A stretch of 64,000 nt of DNA, from positions 1,760,001-1,824,000 of the forward strand of contig OZ245040.1 of assembly GCA_965224195.1 (NCBI GenBank). The letters are read 5' to 3'. The notes below the pieces were generated by a model. The model searched no databases. It saw nothing but the letters and a program-made list of their open reading frames with translations, and was not told the origin of the DNA. The stretch's first letter is position 1. Every line of letters starts with the position of its first letter. The DNA comes from Nitrosopumilus sp. (GTDB lineage Archaea > Thermoproteota > Nitrososphaeria > Nitrososphaerales > Nitrosopumilaceae). Shown piece by piece: positions 31,141 to 40,586 of the stretch. The position numbers and the translations under genes were made by a program.

Positions 31141-33372
31141 ATGAATACAAAAATAATAATAATACCAATTGTAATTGCCATTTCGGTAACAATCACAGCA
31201 GGAATTATGTTCTCATTAGGATTTGACAATCAACCACAAATTACACAAACATCTCAAACTGAAATAATCTATGTTGACAAAACAATTTCAGAATTTTTTA
31301 AAGGAACAAACAATGCTAAAAAAATAGCATCTCAGGAAGAGCTAAAAAATATTCTTGAAACATCATCATTGCTTGGAGGTAATTTTTACAATGGAGGGTT
31401 TATGGGAAATAGAGGATCAGTAAATTTTGCATTTTCTGAAGAATCATCCATGGATATAGCAGTAACAGCATCAGCACCAAATGTTGCCAAATCACAATCA
31501 GGTGGATCAGATTATTCAACAACAAATGTTCAAGTACAAAATGTAGATGAACCAGACTATCTCAAAAATGATTCAAAGTACGTATACATTGCATCACACA
31601 ATACACTTTCAATCATTGATGCATATCCGGCAGAATCTGCAAAATTAGTTTTAAAAATTGCATTAGATATTGAATCACAATACATTCAGAATATGTTCCT
31701 AAATGACGATAGACTTGTAATTTTCTACAATGGTCAAAGTGATGATGAAATTATTCCACAGTATGACTTTGTTCCAATACGCTCACACAGTTCAGTTACA
31801 CATGCATTAATTGTAGATGTATCAAACAAAGAAAACCCAACAATTCTAAAAGATTATTCCATCGATGGTAATTTCATGGATGCACGAATGATTGGAAATT
31901 ATGCTTACTTTGTTACAAACAGTAACGTGAATTATCAATATCCAAAACTCCCAGTAATAATGGAGGATTCAATTAGAATAATGACACCAGATGCATTCTA
32001 CTTTGACAATGTAGAACAATTTTCAAACTTTAACACATTAACGGCAATCGATATTTTTGGTGATAAAATAAATTCAGAATCATTTCTCATGGGATATACG
32101 GGAGCATTCTATGTTTCTGAAGATAATTTCTATTTAACATATCAACAAAATATGCCATTTGGGTTCTATGAAAATTCATCACGAGATAGATTCTTTGATG
32201 TTGTTGTGCCATTATTACCAAACAACATTCAAGAGCAAATTAAAGTAATACAAAATGATTCTTCAATTAACTCATCAGTACAATGGATAAAAATTTCAGA
32301 ATTGATGCAAAAATCTTACAACCAGATGGATAAAAATGACAAAGAAGGATTATTTGAAAAAATCAGAGAGGCCCTTAATGAATACGATGCTAAAATACAA
32401 GAAGACACTAGAAAAACAATAATTCATAAAATTTCAATTGATGAGGATAAAATTGAATACGTTGCCAAAGGATCAGTTCCAGGCAGATTACTAAATCAAT
32501 TCTCAATGGACGAAAACGGAGATAGATTCAGAGTGGCAACAACTACAGAGTACTATATTCAACATCAAGGAACTGTTCGTGCAAATGCAGTCTATGTTTT
32601 AGATGAACAACTAAACATTGTAGGTGAATTAGATGAGATTGCTCCAGATGAGAGCATTTTCTCGGCAAGATTCATGGGCGATAGACTGTACCTGGTAACA
32701 TTTCAACAAATTGATCCTTTCTTTGTAATTGATTTATCAACAGATACGCCTAAAATTCTTGGAGAACTAAAAATTCCAGGATTTTCAAACTATCTTCACC
32801 CATATGATGAAGAACATATAATTGGAATTGGACGAGATACAAAGGAAGTAGATAATGGCAGAGTTCAACAATTAGGCATCAAAATTGCATTGTTTAATGT
32901 AGCAGATGTGAAAAATCCTAGAGTTGCAGATGACATCATAGTTGGTGATAGTTCAACTCATTCAGAAGCATTATACGAACACAAATCATTCTTCTTTGAT
33001 AAAAAAAGTGGAGTTTTATCAATACCAATTAGTGGAGATGCTGAAAGCCTTAGTGGAATTTCAAGCTCCAAAAAATTTGCACCAGATTACAATCGTTGGA
33101 ACGGATTCTATGTATTTGATTTGAATAGTTCAGATGGATTCAATCTTAAAGGAACAGTAACACATTCAGCAGAAGATTCACGACACTATGGAATGAGTAA
33201 TGCAAGAAGTTTCTATATTGATGAAGTCTTGTATACAGCTTCTGAAGGATATTTGAAAATGAATTTATTGGATAATTTAGAAGAAATAAATTCAATAAAA
33301 CTTGAAAACACTAGAAAATTTATTGATTATATTGATGAAGAAATTATTCGTGAAGTCATACCAAATGAATAA
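31141..33372 (+). CDS. Membrane-anchored/secreted beta-propeller protein (Beta_propel/YncE-related type)
   Basis: N-terminal TM; 'YSTTNVQVQNVDEPDYLKND', 'LLNQFSMDE', 'RFMGDRLYLVTF..IDPFFVIDL', 'GELKIPGFSNYLHP'. Confidence 0.88.
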   Translation: MNTKIIIIPIVIAISVTITAGIMFSLGFDNQPQITQTSQTEIIYVDKTISEFFKGTNNAKKIASQEELKNILETSSLLGGNFYNGGFMGNRGSVNFAFSEESSMDIAVTASAPNVAKSQSGGSDYSTTNVQVQNVDEPDYLKNDSKYVYIASHNTLSIIDAYPAESAKLVLKIALDIESQYIQNMFLNDDRLVIFYNGQSDDEIIPQYDFVPIRSHSSVTHALIVDVSNKENPTILKDYSIDGNFMDARMIGNYAYFVTNSNVNYQYPKLPVIMEDSIRIMTPDAFYFDNVEQFSNFNTLTAIDIFGDKINSESFLMGYTGAFYVSEDNFYLTYQQNMPFGFYENSSRDRFFDVVVPLLPNNIQEQIKVIQNDSSINSSVQWIKISELMQKSYNQMDKNDKEGLFEKIREALNEYDAKIQEDTRKTIIHKISIDEDKIEYVAKGSVPGRLLNQFSMDENGDRFRVATTTEYYIQHQGTVRANAVYVLDEQLNIVGELDEIAPDESIFSARFMGDRLYLVTFQQIDPFFVIDLSTDTPKILGELKIPGFSNYLHPYDEEHIIGIGRDTKEVDNGRVQQLGIKIALFNVADVKNPRVADDIIVGDSSTHSEALYEHKSFFFDKKSGVLSIPISGDAESLSGISSSKKFAPDYNRWNGFYVFDLNSSDGFNLKGTVTHSAEDSRHYGMSNARSFYIDEVLYTASEGYLKMNLLDNLEEINSIKLENTRKFIDYIDEEIIREVIPNE

Positions 33373-34000
33373 TAGTTGAAACTCCACGTCTATCAAATTC
33401 TACATCATTTTGAAATTCACTTAAAGTTACAGTAAATGAAATAACATCACGAGGTTTTGCATTCTCTGCATGAAGTTTAAGATTAATATCTAAATTATCA
33501 AACTCTTGATCAGGCAAATTTGCATCATCCAAATATGCATCACATGTTGATTCAATTCTAAACCTGTCATCTTTAAAATGAAATCCGAGTTTCATCTTTC
33601 TTCCTTCTCGTCCGACACCCTTTACATTAACATCTATAATTCCAGGAGTTGTTTCTGAATACCCAGATTTCTGATTTACAAAAACTCCTATTTCAAGTGG
33701 TTTTCCTGCAGTAGCTTCTGCCATTTTTTGAATTCCATCATTCATTACAACATCAACAGCCTTGATTGACTGTGCTACTTTTGCTATCCAATCATTGGTT
33801 CGCGTAATTGTGGCACAAATTCCTGCACGTCTTCGTTTATCTTCATCTTCAGGCAATTTATAATAATCAACCCATGCCTCATAATCATGTGAGATATCCT
33901 CGATGAAATCAATACAAGTTCTTTTGTAATCATCAACATTATCTGTTCTCAGTGAAGCATCATCTGTCCTCATCCCATCAAAATCCATAGGCATCGCCAT
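33356..34000 (-). CDS. Hypothetical protein
   Basis: 214-aa ORF; no recognised motif. Confidence 0.75.
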   Translation of the reverse strand: MAMPMDFDGMRTDDASLRTDNVDDYKRTCIDFIEDISHDYEAWVDYYKLPEDEDKRRRAGICATITRTNDWIAKVAQSIKAVDVVMNDGIQKMAEATAGKPLEIGVFVNQKSGYSETTPGIIDVNVKGVGREGRKMKLGFHFKDDRFRIESTCDAYLDDANLPDQEFDNLDINLKLHAENAKPRDVISFTVTLSEFQNDVEFDRRGVSTIIHLV

Positions 34001-34048
34001 ACTCTGAACTAATCGAAGTTCTAAAAAAACTAATCTTGAGAAAAATTA

Positions 34049-34561
34049 ATGGTTATAATAGGAATTTTTCAGATAACAAGTATGATATTTTCAGAAATAG
34101 TCATAGACTTGCAATCTGAATTAAAAAAAGAGCTAGCACAGATCAGATTTCTATTAAAGGAAAACCCTGCAATAGCATATACACGAATTGTAGAAATAGG
34201 AAAAGAAGTCGGTAAAAAATACAATATCAAATTAATTGTAAATTTTCCAAAGCAAGGCAGAATTGACGAGTTTGAAAAGTATGGAAAAAGAGATTTGAGT
34301 TTAATCATAAACTATGATAAGAAAAGATTTCCAATAGATAGAGAAATCATCAAACAAAAAGCAATTGAAATGTTAGGAGATGTTAAAACTGAAGATGCAT
34401 ACATGTACGAAAATAAAGAAGGAGTGAGAGTATTTACAGACAATTGGAAAATAGATATTTTACCTCATTCAGTCCATATTTGGACTGACTTTGATGATAA
34501 AGTTACATTATTTTGTAATTGGTTAATGGAAAATGCTTATGAAATGAAAAAGAAAGAATAA
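34049..34561 (+). CDS. Hypothetical protein (likely start 34082)
   Basis: 170-aa ORF; no recognised motif. Confidence 0.75.
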   Translation: MVIIGIFQITSMIFSEIVIDLQSELKKELAQIRFLLKENPAIAYTRIVEIGKEVGKKYNIKLIVNFPKQGRIDEFEKYGKRDLSLIINYDKKRFPIDREIIKQKAIEMLGDVKTEDAYMYENKEGVRVFTDNWKIDILPHSVHIWTDFDDKVTLFCNWLMENAYEMKKKE

Positions 34562-34570
34562 TTTTCTAAA

Positions 34571-34930
34571 TTAAACGCTCTCAAGTTTTTCTAACAAGTC
34601 CTGAGCTTCAGTATTTTTTGGTTGAAGTTTTACTATATATTTACAACAAGCAATAGCTTCATCTTTTTGTCCCAATGCCAAATGTACATTAGTTTTTAGA
34701 GACAAAGTCTCTACATCTTCATCATCTAATTGAAATGCTTTTTCAAAATATGGCAATGCCCTTTTTGCATCATCTACAATAAAGAAAGCACTGCCCAGAA
34801 TAAACATAAAATCATGATCATCAGAATATCGTGATTCTAAGTTTTTCCCATATGCAATAGCCTCATCATATTCACCATCTCGAAGAAGTTTTTTGATACG
34901 ACGTTTGGGATGTTTGAAAAGACCAACCAT
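34571..34930 (-). CDS. TPR-repeat protein
   Basis: 'LG.AFF...DAKRALPYFEKAFQLD', 'LGQKDEAIAC...LQPKN'. Confidence 0.85.
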   Translation of the reverse strand: MVGLFKHPKRRIKKLLRDGEYDEAIAYGKNLESRYSDDHDFMFILGSAFFIVDDAKRALPYFEKAFQLDDEDVETLSLKTNVHLALGQKDEAIACCKYIVKLQPKNTEAQDLLEKLESV

Positions 34931-34984
34931 TTCTCAATCAAATGTATGTTAATTTACAATAATTTGAATGTAGAACTTTGAATG

Positions 34985-36490
34985 TTAATCATACCAAGCT
35001 GGAGGTTCTGAACCACTTGAAGTAGAGCTAGAACTTGTAACAGTAATCTTCAATATTCCTTCTTTAATTAAAAATTGTATGCCTTGAACAAATGAATCAT
35101 CATCTATTGCACCATCAGCCCACCATCCAGCATTAGTCTTAATCCAATCAGGGATTTCATTTGAACCAAAAGTTGACCCTTGAGACGTTGGAGGAATCTT
35201 CATGATTCCTTCTTTAATTAAAAATTGTATTCCTTGAACAAAGTCTGAATCACCTATTGCACCATCAGCCCACCATCCAGCATTAGTCTTAATCCAATCA
35301 GGGATTTTTTGGACTGGTGTAGATGAAGTACCATCTTTTGCAAATATTGGAAGTGTGAATTCCAAATAGTCTGAGGCAGACGATGGAACTATACCTTCAG
35401 GGGATAAACCATAAATCCAAACTACATAGTTTGCAATTCCGGGTTCTGCCTCAACAGTAAAATCAAGCAAAGCTTGTCCTGATGGAGAATAAAGGAAATT
35501 TCTACCTTCTTCTTGTGCGATTGAACGTAAAGGAGTCAGGTTTTCATCTACAACTAAGAAATCATATTGGACTTGATTCAAAAATTCTGTATCATCATAT
35601 TTGCTGATAAATTTAATTAAAAATTGTATTTCACATCCTTGTACAGGATCTTCAGGTCCATAGAATATGTGAAGTTGATAATCAAAGTTGGTTGTAGGTT
35701 TTTTTATGCTAACTTCTTTTTCTATATCTGCATGACATCCTTCAAGGACAGTTGGCACCCAATCAGGAATGCCACCAAACGGACTTTGTAATACATTTTC
35801 TTTATAATCTAATAATGAAAATATGTACTCTGGTGGCGGTATACCTTCAGAGACGTGTGTAAATGTGTGTGCCTTTATTGGAAATGGGAAACCATCAGCT
35901 ATCCAAATTTTACTTGTAGCACCACCTGTCTTCCATCCAATTTGAACAGTTTCCCAAGTACCAGCTTTAACTGTAACAGTTTCAATTGCTTGTGTAAGTA
36001 CTTGTTGACCGCCAATGTTGCCAATTTTTCCCCAAGACACTGCTGAAAATTCTTTTGGCCCTTTTCCACCAGATCTATCATCAGATGTCGCAAATGCAGA
36101 TAACCAAGAAATAGAAGATTTGAAAGCTCCTCTATAGAGACCTAAATATTCACTACCACCTGTTGGTTCAGGAGCAATTTTTCCAAGTTCCATTTCCCCT
36201 TTGATAACTTTTTTACCATCATAAACAACGACTTCAGCTAACCATTTAGTTTCAGTTCCAACTTGTTTGTCACCTTTTATCCAAAAGTCCATTTCAAATT
36301 CAGTACATTCTTTGTAATCTACATGACATACTGAATATGAAAAGAAGTCGCCTTTTTTGAGACCTTCACCAGCATACCATGAACCCTCTTTGTTAACACC
36401 ACCTGCTTCAACTTGAGCAAATACAGTTGTAGGCATTAATAATGCTAAAAATACTAAAGGAATAATTGCAAATAGGAATGTTTGTTTCAA
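34985..36490 (-). CDS. Exported surface protein with duplicated C-terminal IPDWIKTNAGWW module
   Basis: Signal peptide; two copies of 'IPDWIKTNAGWWADGAI.D..FVQGIQFLIKEGI', typical of Nitrosopumilus exported proteins. Confidence 0.85.
   Translation of the reverse strand: MKQTFLFAIIPLVFLALLMPTTVFAQVEAGGVNKEGSWYAGEGLKKGDFFSYSVCHVDYKECTEFEMDFWIKGDKQVGTETKWLAEVVVYDGKKVIKGEMELGKIAPEPTGGSEYLGLYRGAFKSSISWLSAFATSDDRSGGKGPKEFSAVSWGKIGNIGGQQVLTQAIETVTVKAGTWETVQIGWKTGGATSKIWIADGFPFPIKAHTFTHVSEGIPPPEYIFSLLDYKENVLQSPFGGIPDWVPTVLEGCHADIEKEVSIKKPTTNFDYQLHIFYGPEDPVQGCEIQFLIKFISKYDDTEFLNQVQYDFLVVDENLTPLRSIAQEEGRNFLYSPSGQALLDFTVEAEPGIANYVVWIYGLSPEGIVPSSASDYLEFTLPIFAKDGTSSTPVQKIPDWIKTNAGWWADGAIGDSDFVQGIQFLIKEGIMKIPPTSQGSTFGSNEIPDWIKTNAGWWADGAIDDDSFVQGIQFLIKEGILKITVTSSSSTSSGSEPPAWYD
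35055..35307. repeat. ~103-bp intragenic direct repeat (35055-35157 and 35205-35307)
   Basis: Near-identical DNA copies 150 bp apart encoding the IPDWIK module. Confidence 0.85.
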
Positions 36491-36614
36491 ATCTAAAAAA
36501 AATTGTCAAATCGGATAGTTAAACGTTTTTCAAATATGTAAAAAATGAGAAAATAGGCAGTAAAATCTCGTTCAAATAAGCAAATATAGAGGAATAAGTA
36601 CAGAAATTCCAGAA

Positions 36615-36782
36615 ATGTGCGAATGTTCCAAAGTTCACTTGTTTGAAGTTGAATTCAAACTAGATGGTATGACCGTAGTTCCTACTCATAAGAACTGCGG
36701 ATTTGCACTAGATGAAAAACAATCTGACAAGTTCCAAAAAGAATTAGTAAAATCATGGGGCTTTGAGGACGAAGACGATTAA
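36615..36782 (+). CDS. 55-aa Cys/His micro-protein (not in ORF track)
   Basis: MCECSKVHLFEVEFKLDGMTVVPTHKNCGFALDEKQSDKFQKELVKSWGFEDEDD*; CxC...HxxC. Confidence 0.7.
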   Translation: MCECSKVHLFEVEFKLDGMTVVPTHKNCGFALDEKQSDKFQKELVKSWGFEDEDD

Positions 36783-36819
36783 TTTAAAAAAATAAAAAAT
36801 AAAACTGTAATTTGCTATT

Positions 36820-36966
36820 TTAGGACATTTGTCCAACAGCTTCTTTACAAACGTCAGTTGAACATTTGCAATCTGCACTGCATATACAATGACCTTGCAT
36901 TGCACAGTCACAGGAGTAATCAGGATCGCCGCTATCAGCTTCGCATCCACATGCTTGATCTACCAT
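36820..36966 (-). CDS. 48-aa metallothionein-like Cys-rich protein (not in ORF track)
   Basis: MVDQACGCEADSGDPDYSCDCAMQGHCICSADCKCSTDVCKEAVGQMS*; 9 Cys including four CxC; TATA-like TTTTAAAA ~25 nt upstream. Confidence 0.72.
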   Translation of the reverse strand: MVDQACGCEADSGDPDYSCDCAMQGHCICSADCKCSTDVCKEAVGQMS

Positions 36967-37019
36967 AGCAAACTAGAGATTTTACTTATTTTAAAAGGTT
37001 AGTACAGGCATAGAGAATA

Positions 37020-37904
37020 TTACGCACTTGAAATAGTCTCAAGGATATCATTACAGGATTTTTGGACAAGTACTGATTGCTGTTCAAGGAGATTAGAATC
37101 AGCCTCAACATCAAATGCAACCTTTAGAATATGTATCAAATCCTGCTCTCGATTTAGAGTATCTTTGATTTTTACAAAATTTTCTTTGTTCACATAACCC
37201 AAATAAAAATAGCAATCAGAAAGCATCGAATTTTTTACAAAGAAATCATGTTTTGCTTGAATAATTTGAGAATGATTGTTTTTTTCTACTAAATCAGAAA
37301 ACCCTATTGTAGATTTTAGCATTCTTTCAAGTAATGTTGGCGTTGCTCGTTCAATACCAACAGTTTGAGTTACAATAGAAATATGTTCATTAATTGTATT
37401 TTTTTCTAGTTTTCGAAGTTGATCAAGCATATGTGAAGGACTTGAACGTTGATAATTAATTGAAGAAATAGCATTTGCCAGATAATAACTTGCACACTTT
37501 TGCCAACATGGTGCAAATACATCAGAAGACTCTATAGATTCTTTTGTTTTTTGACAACAAAATTGGGATTCAATTAAACAGTTTTTTGCAAAATCAGAAA
37601 ATAACGATGTATGTTTTTCTTCAATCTTAGAAAGCATCATTCTAAGATCCCAAGATTCGTCTTGAAGAATTTCTATTTTGTGATACTGGAGAAGTTTTTC
37701 AGAATTTGTTTCAGATAAAGATGCATGATGAATAGTTACAAATTCATCTACGTATTGGACTATTTTTGCAGGTTCTGGTTTTCCATCAAAAGTAAAAAGA
37801 TCATAATCACATGAATCAAAAGATAGATCAGGAATTCTACACCCGCCCATACCGATTGGAAACCCAGATAATTTATTTTCTTCAATGAATTTTTGAATTT
37901 CCAT
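37020..37904 (-). CDS. Hypothetical protein, possible degenerate Pol-beta-like nucleotidyltransferase fold
   Basis: 'GMGGCR......SCDYDL' resembles the hGS...DxD motif. Confidence 0.7.
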   Translation of the reverse strand: MEIQKFIEENKLSGFPIGMGGCRIPDLSFDSCDYDLFTFDGKPEPAKIVQYVDEFVTIHHASLSETNSEKLLQYHKIEILQDESWDLRMMLSKIEEKHTSLFSDFAKNCLIESQFCCQKTKESIESSDVFAPCWQKCASYYLANAISSINYQRSSPSHMLDQLRKLEKNTINEHISIVTQTVGIERATPTLLERMLKSTIGFSDLVEKNNHSQIIQAKHDFFVKNSMLSDCYFYLGYVNKENFVKIKDTLNREQDLIHILKVAFDVEADSNLLEQQSVLVQKSCNDILETISSA

Positions 37905-38015
37905 ATAGTTCTTAACTTTAATTTTTCTATAAAGGAATCAACTCACAAAGTTTTACAAATTCATTCAAAGTCAAAACATTTCCTTTAAATTAAGATTTAA
38001 TTTGTTTTTTATCAA

Positions 38016-38090
38016 GCTCCTATAGTGTAGTCCGGTTAAGCATTTTGGCTTCTCAAGCCAAAGACTCGGGTTCAAATCCCGATGGGAGCA
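38016..38090 (+). tRNA. tRNA-Glu(CTC); integration site of the genomic island
   Basis: GCTCCTA/TGGGAGC acceptor, TTGGC-TTCTCAA-GCCAA anticodon arm, GGTTCAAATCC T-arm. Confidence 0.95.
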
Positions 38091-38092
38091 TT
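38078..38092 (+). repeat. attL core (tRNA-Glu 3' end)
   Basis: 15-bp exact match to 51961-51975, 19/20 when extended to CAAA(T/A). Confidence 0.88.
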
Positions 38093-38115
38093 ACACATTT
38101 GGTTTAATACCCTGC

Positions 38116-39489
38116 ATGCGCTGTATATGCTACATGTCAAAACAGCAGATTTCAGGCAAGAAACAAGACGGAATCAAACTATATGATTATGACAGAATTA
38201 TCACTAGAACGTTAGCATTATTTCAAAAAGATGTATCTGAGAAGAATTTTCTCTTAATGAAAAAATTTGATAGAGTTTTGGTAAATGAATCATTATCTGA
38301 TGCTAGACGTTCCAAGATTCTAGGCACATTACTGAGTCTTACTAGAATGATAAACAAAGATTGGAGTGAAACAAACAAGGAAGATATCGAAGAATTAGTG
38401 TATAATTTTAATAAAAAATTCAGCAAAAATGGACAAAAAACAAACACAACTTCAGACCACAAAAAGATTTTAAAAAATTTCTACAGATGGATGAAATTTG
38501 ATTCAAGAGACCAAAAATCAGTAGGAGACCCAACTGAAACTAGTTAGATTAGAATCAAAAAACCAAGAGAAAATCTTACTGCAGACATGTTAATCACAGA
38601 AGCTGAAAAAAATTCACTACTCAAAGCATGTGGTGGGAATCTTAGAGATAGAGCATTTGTACATACTTTTTCAGACTTGGCATGTAGACCAGGTGAAATT
38701 TTGAGTCGCCAAATTAAACATGTAAAGTTTGATGACAAAGGCGCAGTGATTGTAGTTGATGGAAAAACAGGTCCAAGACCAGTTAGAGTGATCGAATGTG
38801 TACCAGATTTGGCATCATACTTTGATAAACATCCTAACAATTCTGATCCTGAAGCACCACTATGGACTACAATGAATGAGAAAAAATTTGGTAAAGCATG
38901 GTCATATCCTGCCATGAGAAAAAGACTACAGAGAATCTGTGACGTGGCTCAACTCCACAAAAGAATTTGGCCCAATCTATTTCGTCATACAGGGGTTACA
39001 AAGACAGGAACTTTCCTCACTGAATCATTACAAAAGAAACGATATGGATGGTCATCAGGGTCCAAAATGCCAGGAAGATACGAACACATGATGAATTCAG
39101 ACGTAGAGGAGGCAGTGTTGAAACATTATGGCATGACAGATAACAAAGAAAATGACTTAGTAAGTAAGCCAAAGATTTGCCATATTTGTGATGTACCAAA
39201 TTCCTATGATGCCAAAATGTGCTCAAAATGTGGAAAGTCATTAGGCATAGAATCAGCCTCAGAATTTGATGAAAAGATAGAGAATACTCAAAAAATGATG
39301 GAAAATTATGAAGAAAAACTTGCAAAAGCAAATGACACACTAGAACGTGCAACCGCTGTACTCAAAATTATGGATTGTCAACAACAAATTAATGATATTA
39401 CAAAAATTGCACCAAATAATTTTACTGAAAATAAAGAAGCGTTAAAAGATGAAATTGTTAGACTCAAAAAATCAATACAGGGATTATAA
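38116..39489 (+). pseudogene. Tyrosine recombinase/integrase with an in-frame TAG at 38545-38547 (likely start 38134)
   Basis: ORFs 38116-38547 and 38587-39489 share a frame; 'GDPTETS*IRIKK' suggests TGG>TAG; catalytic R ('ACRPGE'), K ('DGKTG'), 'LFRH', Y ('GRYEH'); C-terminal Cys4 ribbon. Confidence 0.88.
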
Positions 39490-39603
39490 ACGATATTTTT
39501 TGTTTAAATAAAATTATATAAAGAAAAAAAAGTCATTATAAACCCGTTAACAATTTTTTGTAAAACAATTTAATTTTAAATCATACTATGTGTATACATA
39601 CAC

Positions 39604-39885
39604 ATGAAAAGATTTTCACGAAAATGGTTTGTACAAATTATGATTAACAAATTATTAAAAAAATTAGATTTTTTAAAACAAACAATGAAATTAGAATACA
39701 AAAAAGATTATAATTTAAGTTACAACGATGTAATTACGATTCTTGTAAACAGTTACAAGAAAAATAAAGAAGAATTCAATTTAGAACCAAAATTAAGAAT
39801 AGGTATGCCACTTAAGGGGAGTAGGTGGCAAGTTTCATCAAAATTAGATGGGAAAACAAAAGTGTCGTTTTCGTTGAAAAGTTAA
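39604..39885 (+). CDS. Small DNA-binding protein, RHH/antitoxin-like
   Basis: 'KKLDFLK...SYNDVITILV' resembles archaeal RHH proteins; palindrome over its start. Confidence 0.55.
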   Translation: MKRFSRKWFVQIMINKLLKKLDFLKQTMKLEYKKDYNLSYNDVITILVNSYKKNKEEFNLEPKLRIGMPLKGSRWQVSSKLDGKTKVSFSLKS

Positions 39886-39910
39886 ATGCACATTATTTGT
39901 AATTTATGTA

Positions 39911-40054
39911 ATGAATGAAAAAATAGAACTGTCAAAATGCAGCATTGACGATAGAGGGGACGTTACATGTTCTATTCCAAAATCAAAATTGGATGTGATG
40001 ACAGAAAAGAAAATCAAACCATCAAAAATGGTTTTTGAGATAGATGACTCATAG
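39911..40054 (+). CDS. 47-aa micro-protein, AbrB/SpoVT-like (not in ORF track)
   Basis: MNEKIELSKCSIDDRGDVTCSIPKSKLDVMTEKKIKPSKMVFEIDDS*. Confidence 0.5.
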   Translation: MNEKIELSKCSIDDRGDVTCSIPKSKLDVMTEKKIKPSKMVFEIDDS

Positions 40055-40175
40055 ATGGACTGCAGTCCCCGTTTGTAATGAATGTGGAGATGTAATGACT
40101 GAAAATGATGATAATGACTATGAGTGTGTCAATTGTGATGAAGTACTCTACGAGTATGAAATTAATGAAAATTAG
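40044..40175 (+). CDS. 43-aa acidic Zn-ribbon micro-protein (not in ORF track)
   Basis: MTHRWTAVPVCNECGDVMTENDDNDYECVNCDEVLYEYEINEN*; overlaps the upstream ORF by 11 nt. Confidence 0.6.
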   Translation: MTHRWTAVPVCNECGDVMTENDDNDYECVNCDEVLYEYEINEN

Positions 40176-40200
40176 GCACAAAATTCATCATTTTTCTTTT

Positions 40201-40268
40201 TTAGTCATGATTTAGTAATTATATATTGGTAATTACCTATAGGTAACTTAATATATTTACATGACTAA
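40201..40268. promoter_or_regulatory. Nested palindromic promoter/operator upstream of the wHTH-kinase operon
   Basis: TTAGTCATG...ATATATT...TTACCTATAGGTAA...AATATAT...CATGACTAA; perfect 14-bp core 40233-40246. Confidence 0.6.
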
Positions 40269-40276
40269 GTAAATCA

Positions 40277-40585
40277 GTGAAACCATTAGATGATAAAATA
40301 TTAGAAAAATATGTTCAATTACAAAAAAATCTCATGAATGAGAAAAGAATTAAAATTTTAATTCTTTTAGATAATGATGTAAAAAGTTGGAGTCAATTAA
40401 TGCTTGAATTAGACATTAGGAATCCAAAATTATTATCTGATCATTTAAACATTTTATCAACACAACAACTAATAAAAAAATCGCCTGAAGGACAATATCA
40501 AATTACAAACAATGGCACTACATTACTAAAATCAAACATACAGCAATTACAAAATATTTCAAAAATATTAAAGGATATGAAATAA
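40277..40585 (+). CDS. Winged-helix (ArsR/HxlR-like) transcriptional regulator
   Basis: 'NEKRIKILILL...SWSQLMLEL...LLSDHLNIL...LIKK...YQITNNG'. Confidence 0.8.
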   Translation: MKPLDDKILEKYVQLQKNLMNEKRIKILILLDNDVKSWSQLMLELDIRNPKLLSDHLNILSTQQLIKKSPEGQYQITNNGTTLLKSNIQQLQNISKILKDMK

Positions 40586-40586
40586 A

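Noticed and set aside
36753-36950. 65-aa minus-strand ORF from the track
   Set aside because: Overlaps in another frame the Cys-rich ORF 36820-36966, which has a better motif pattern and promoter spacing
38545-38547. Pyrrolysine or programmed read-through of the integrase TAG
   Set aside because: No pyl machinery in the window and none expected in this lineage; the context suggests a simple TGG>TAG mutation
38116-39489. SSV1-type integrase partitioned by integration
   Set aside because: The att cores lie outside the gene; both halves are adjacent and in frame, separated only by a stop codon
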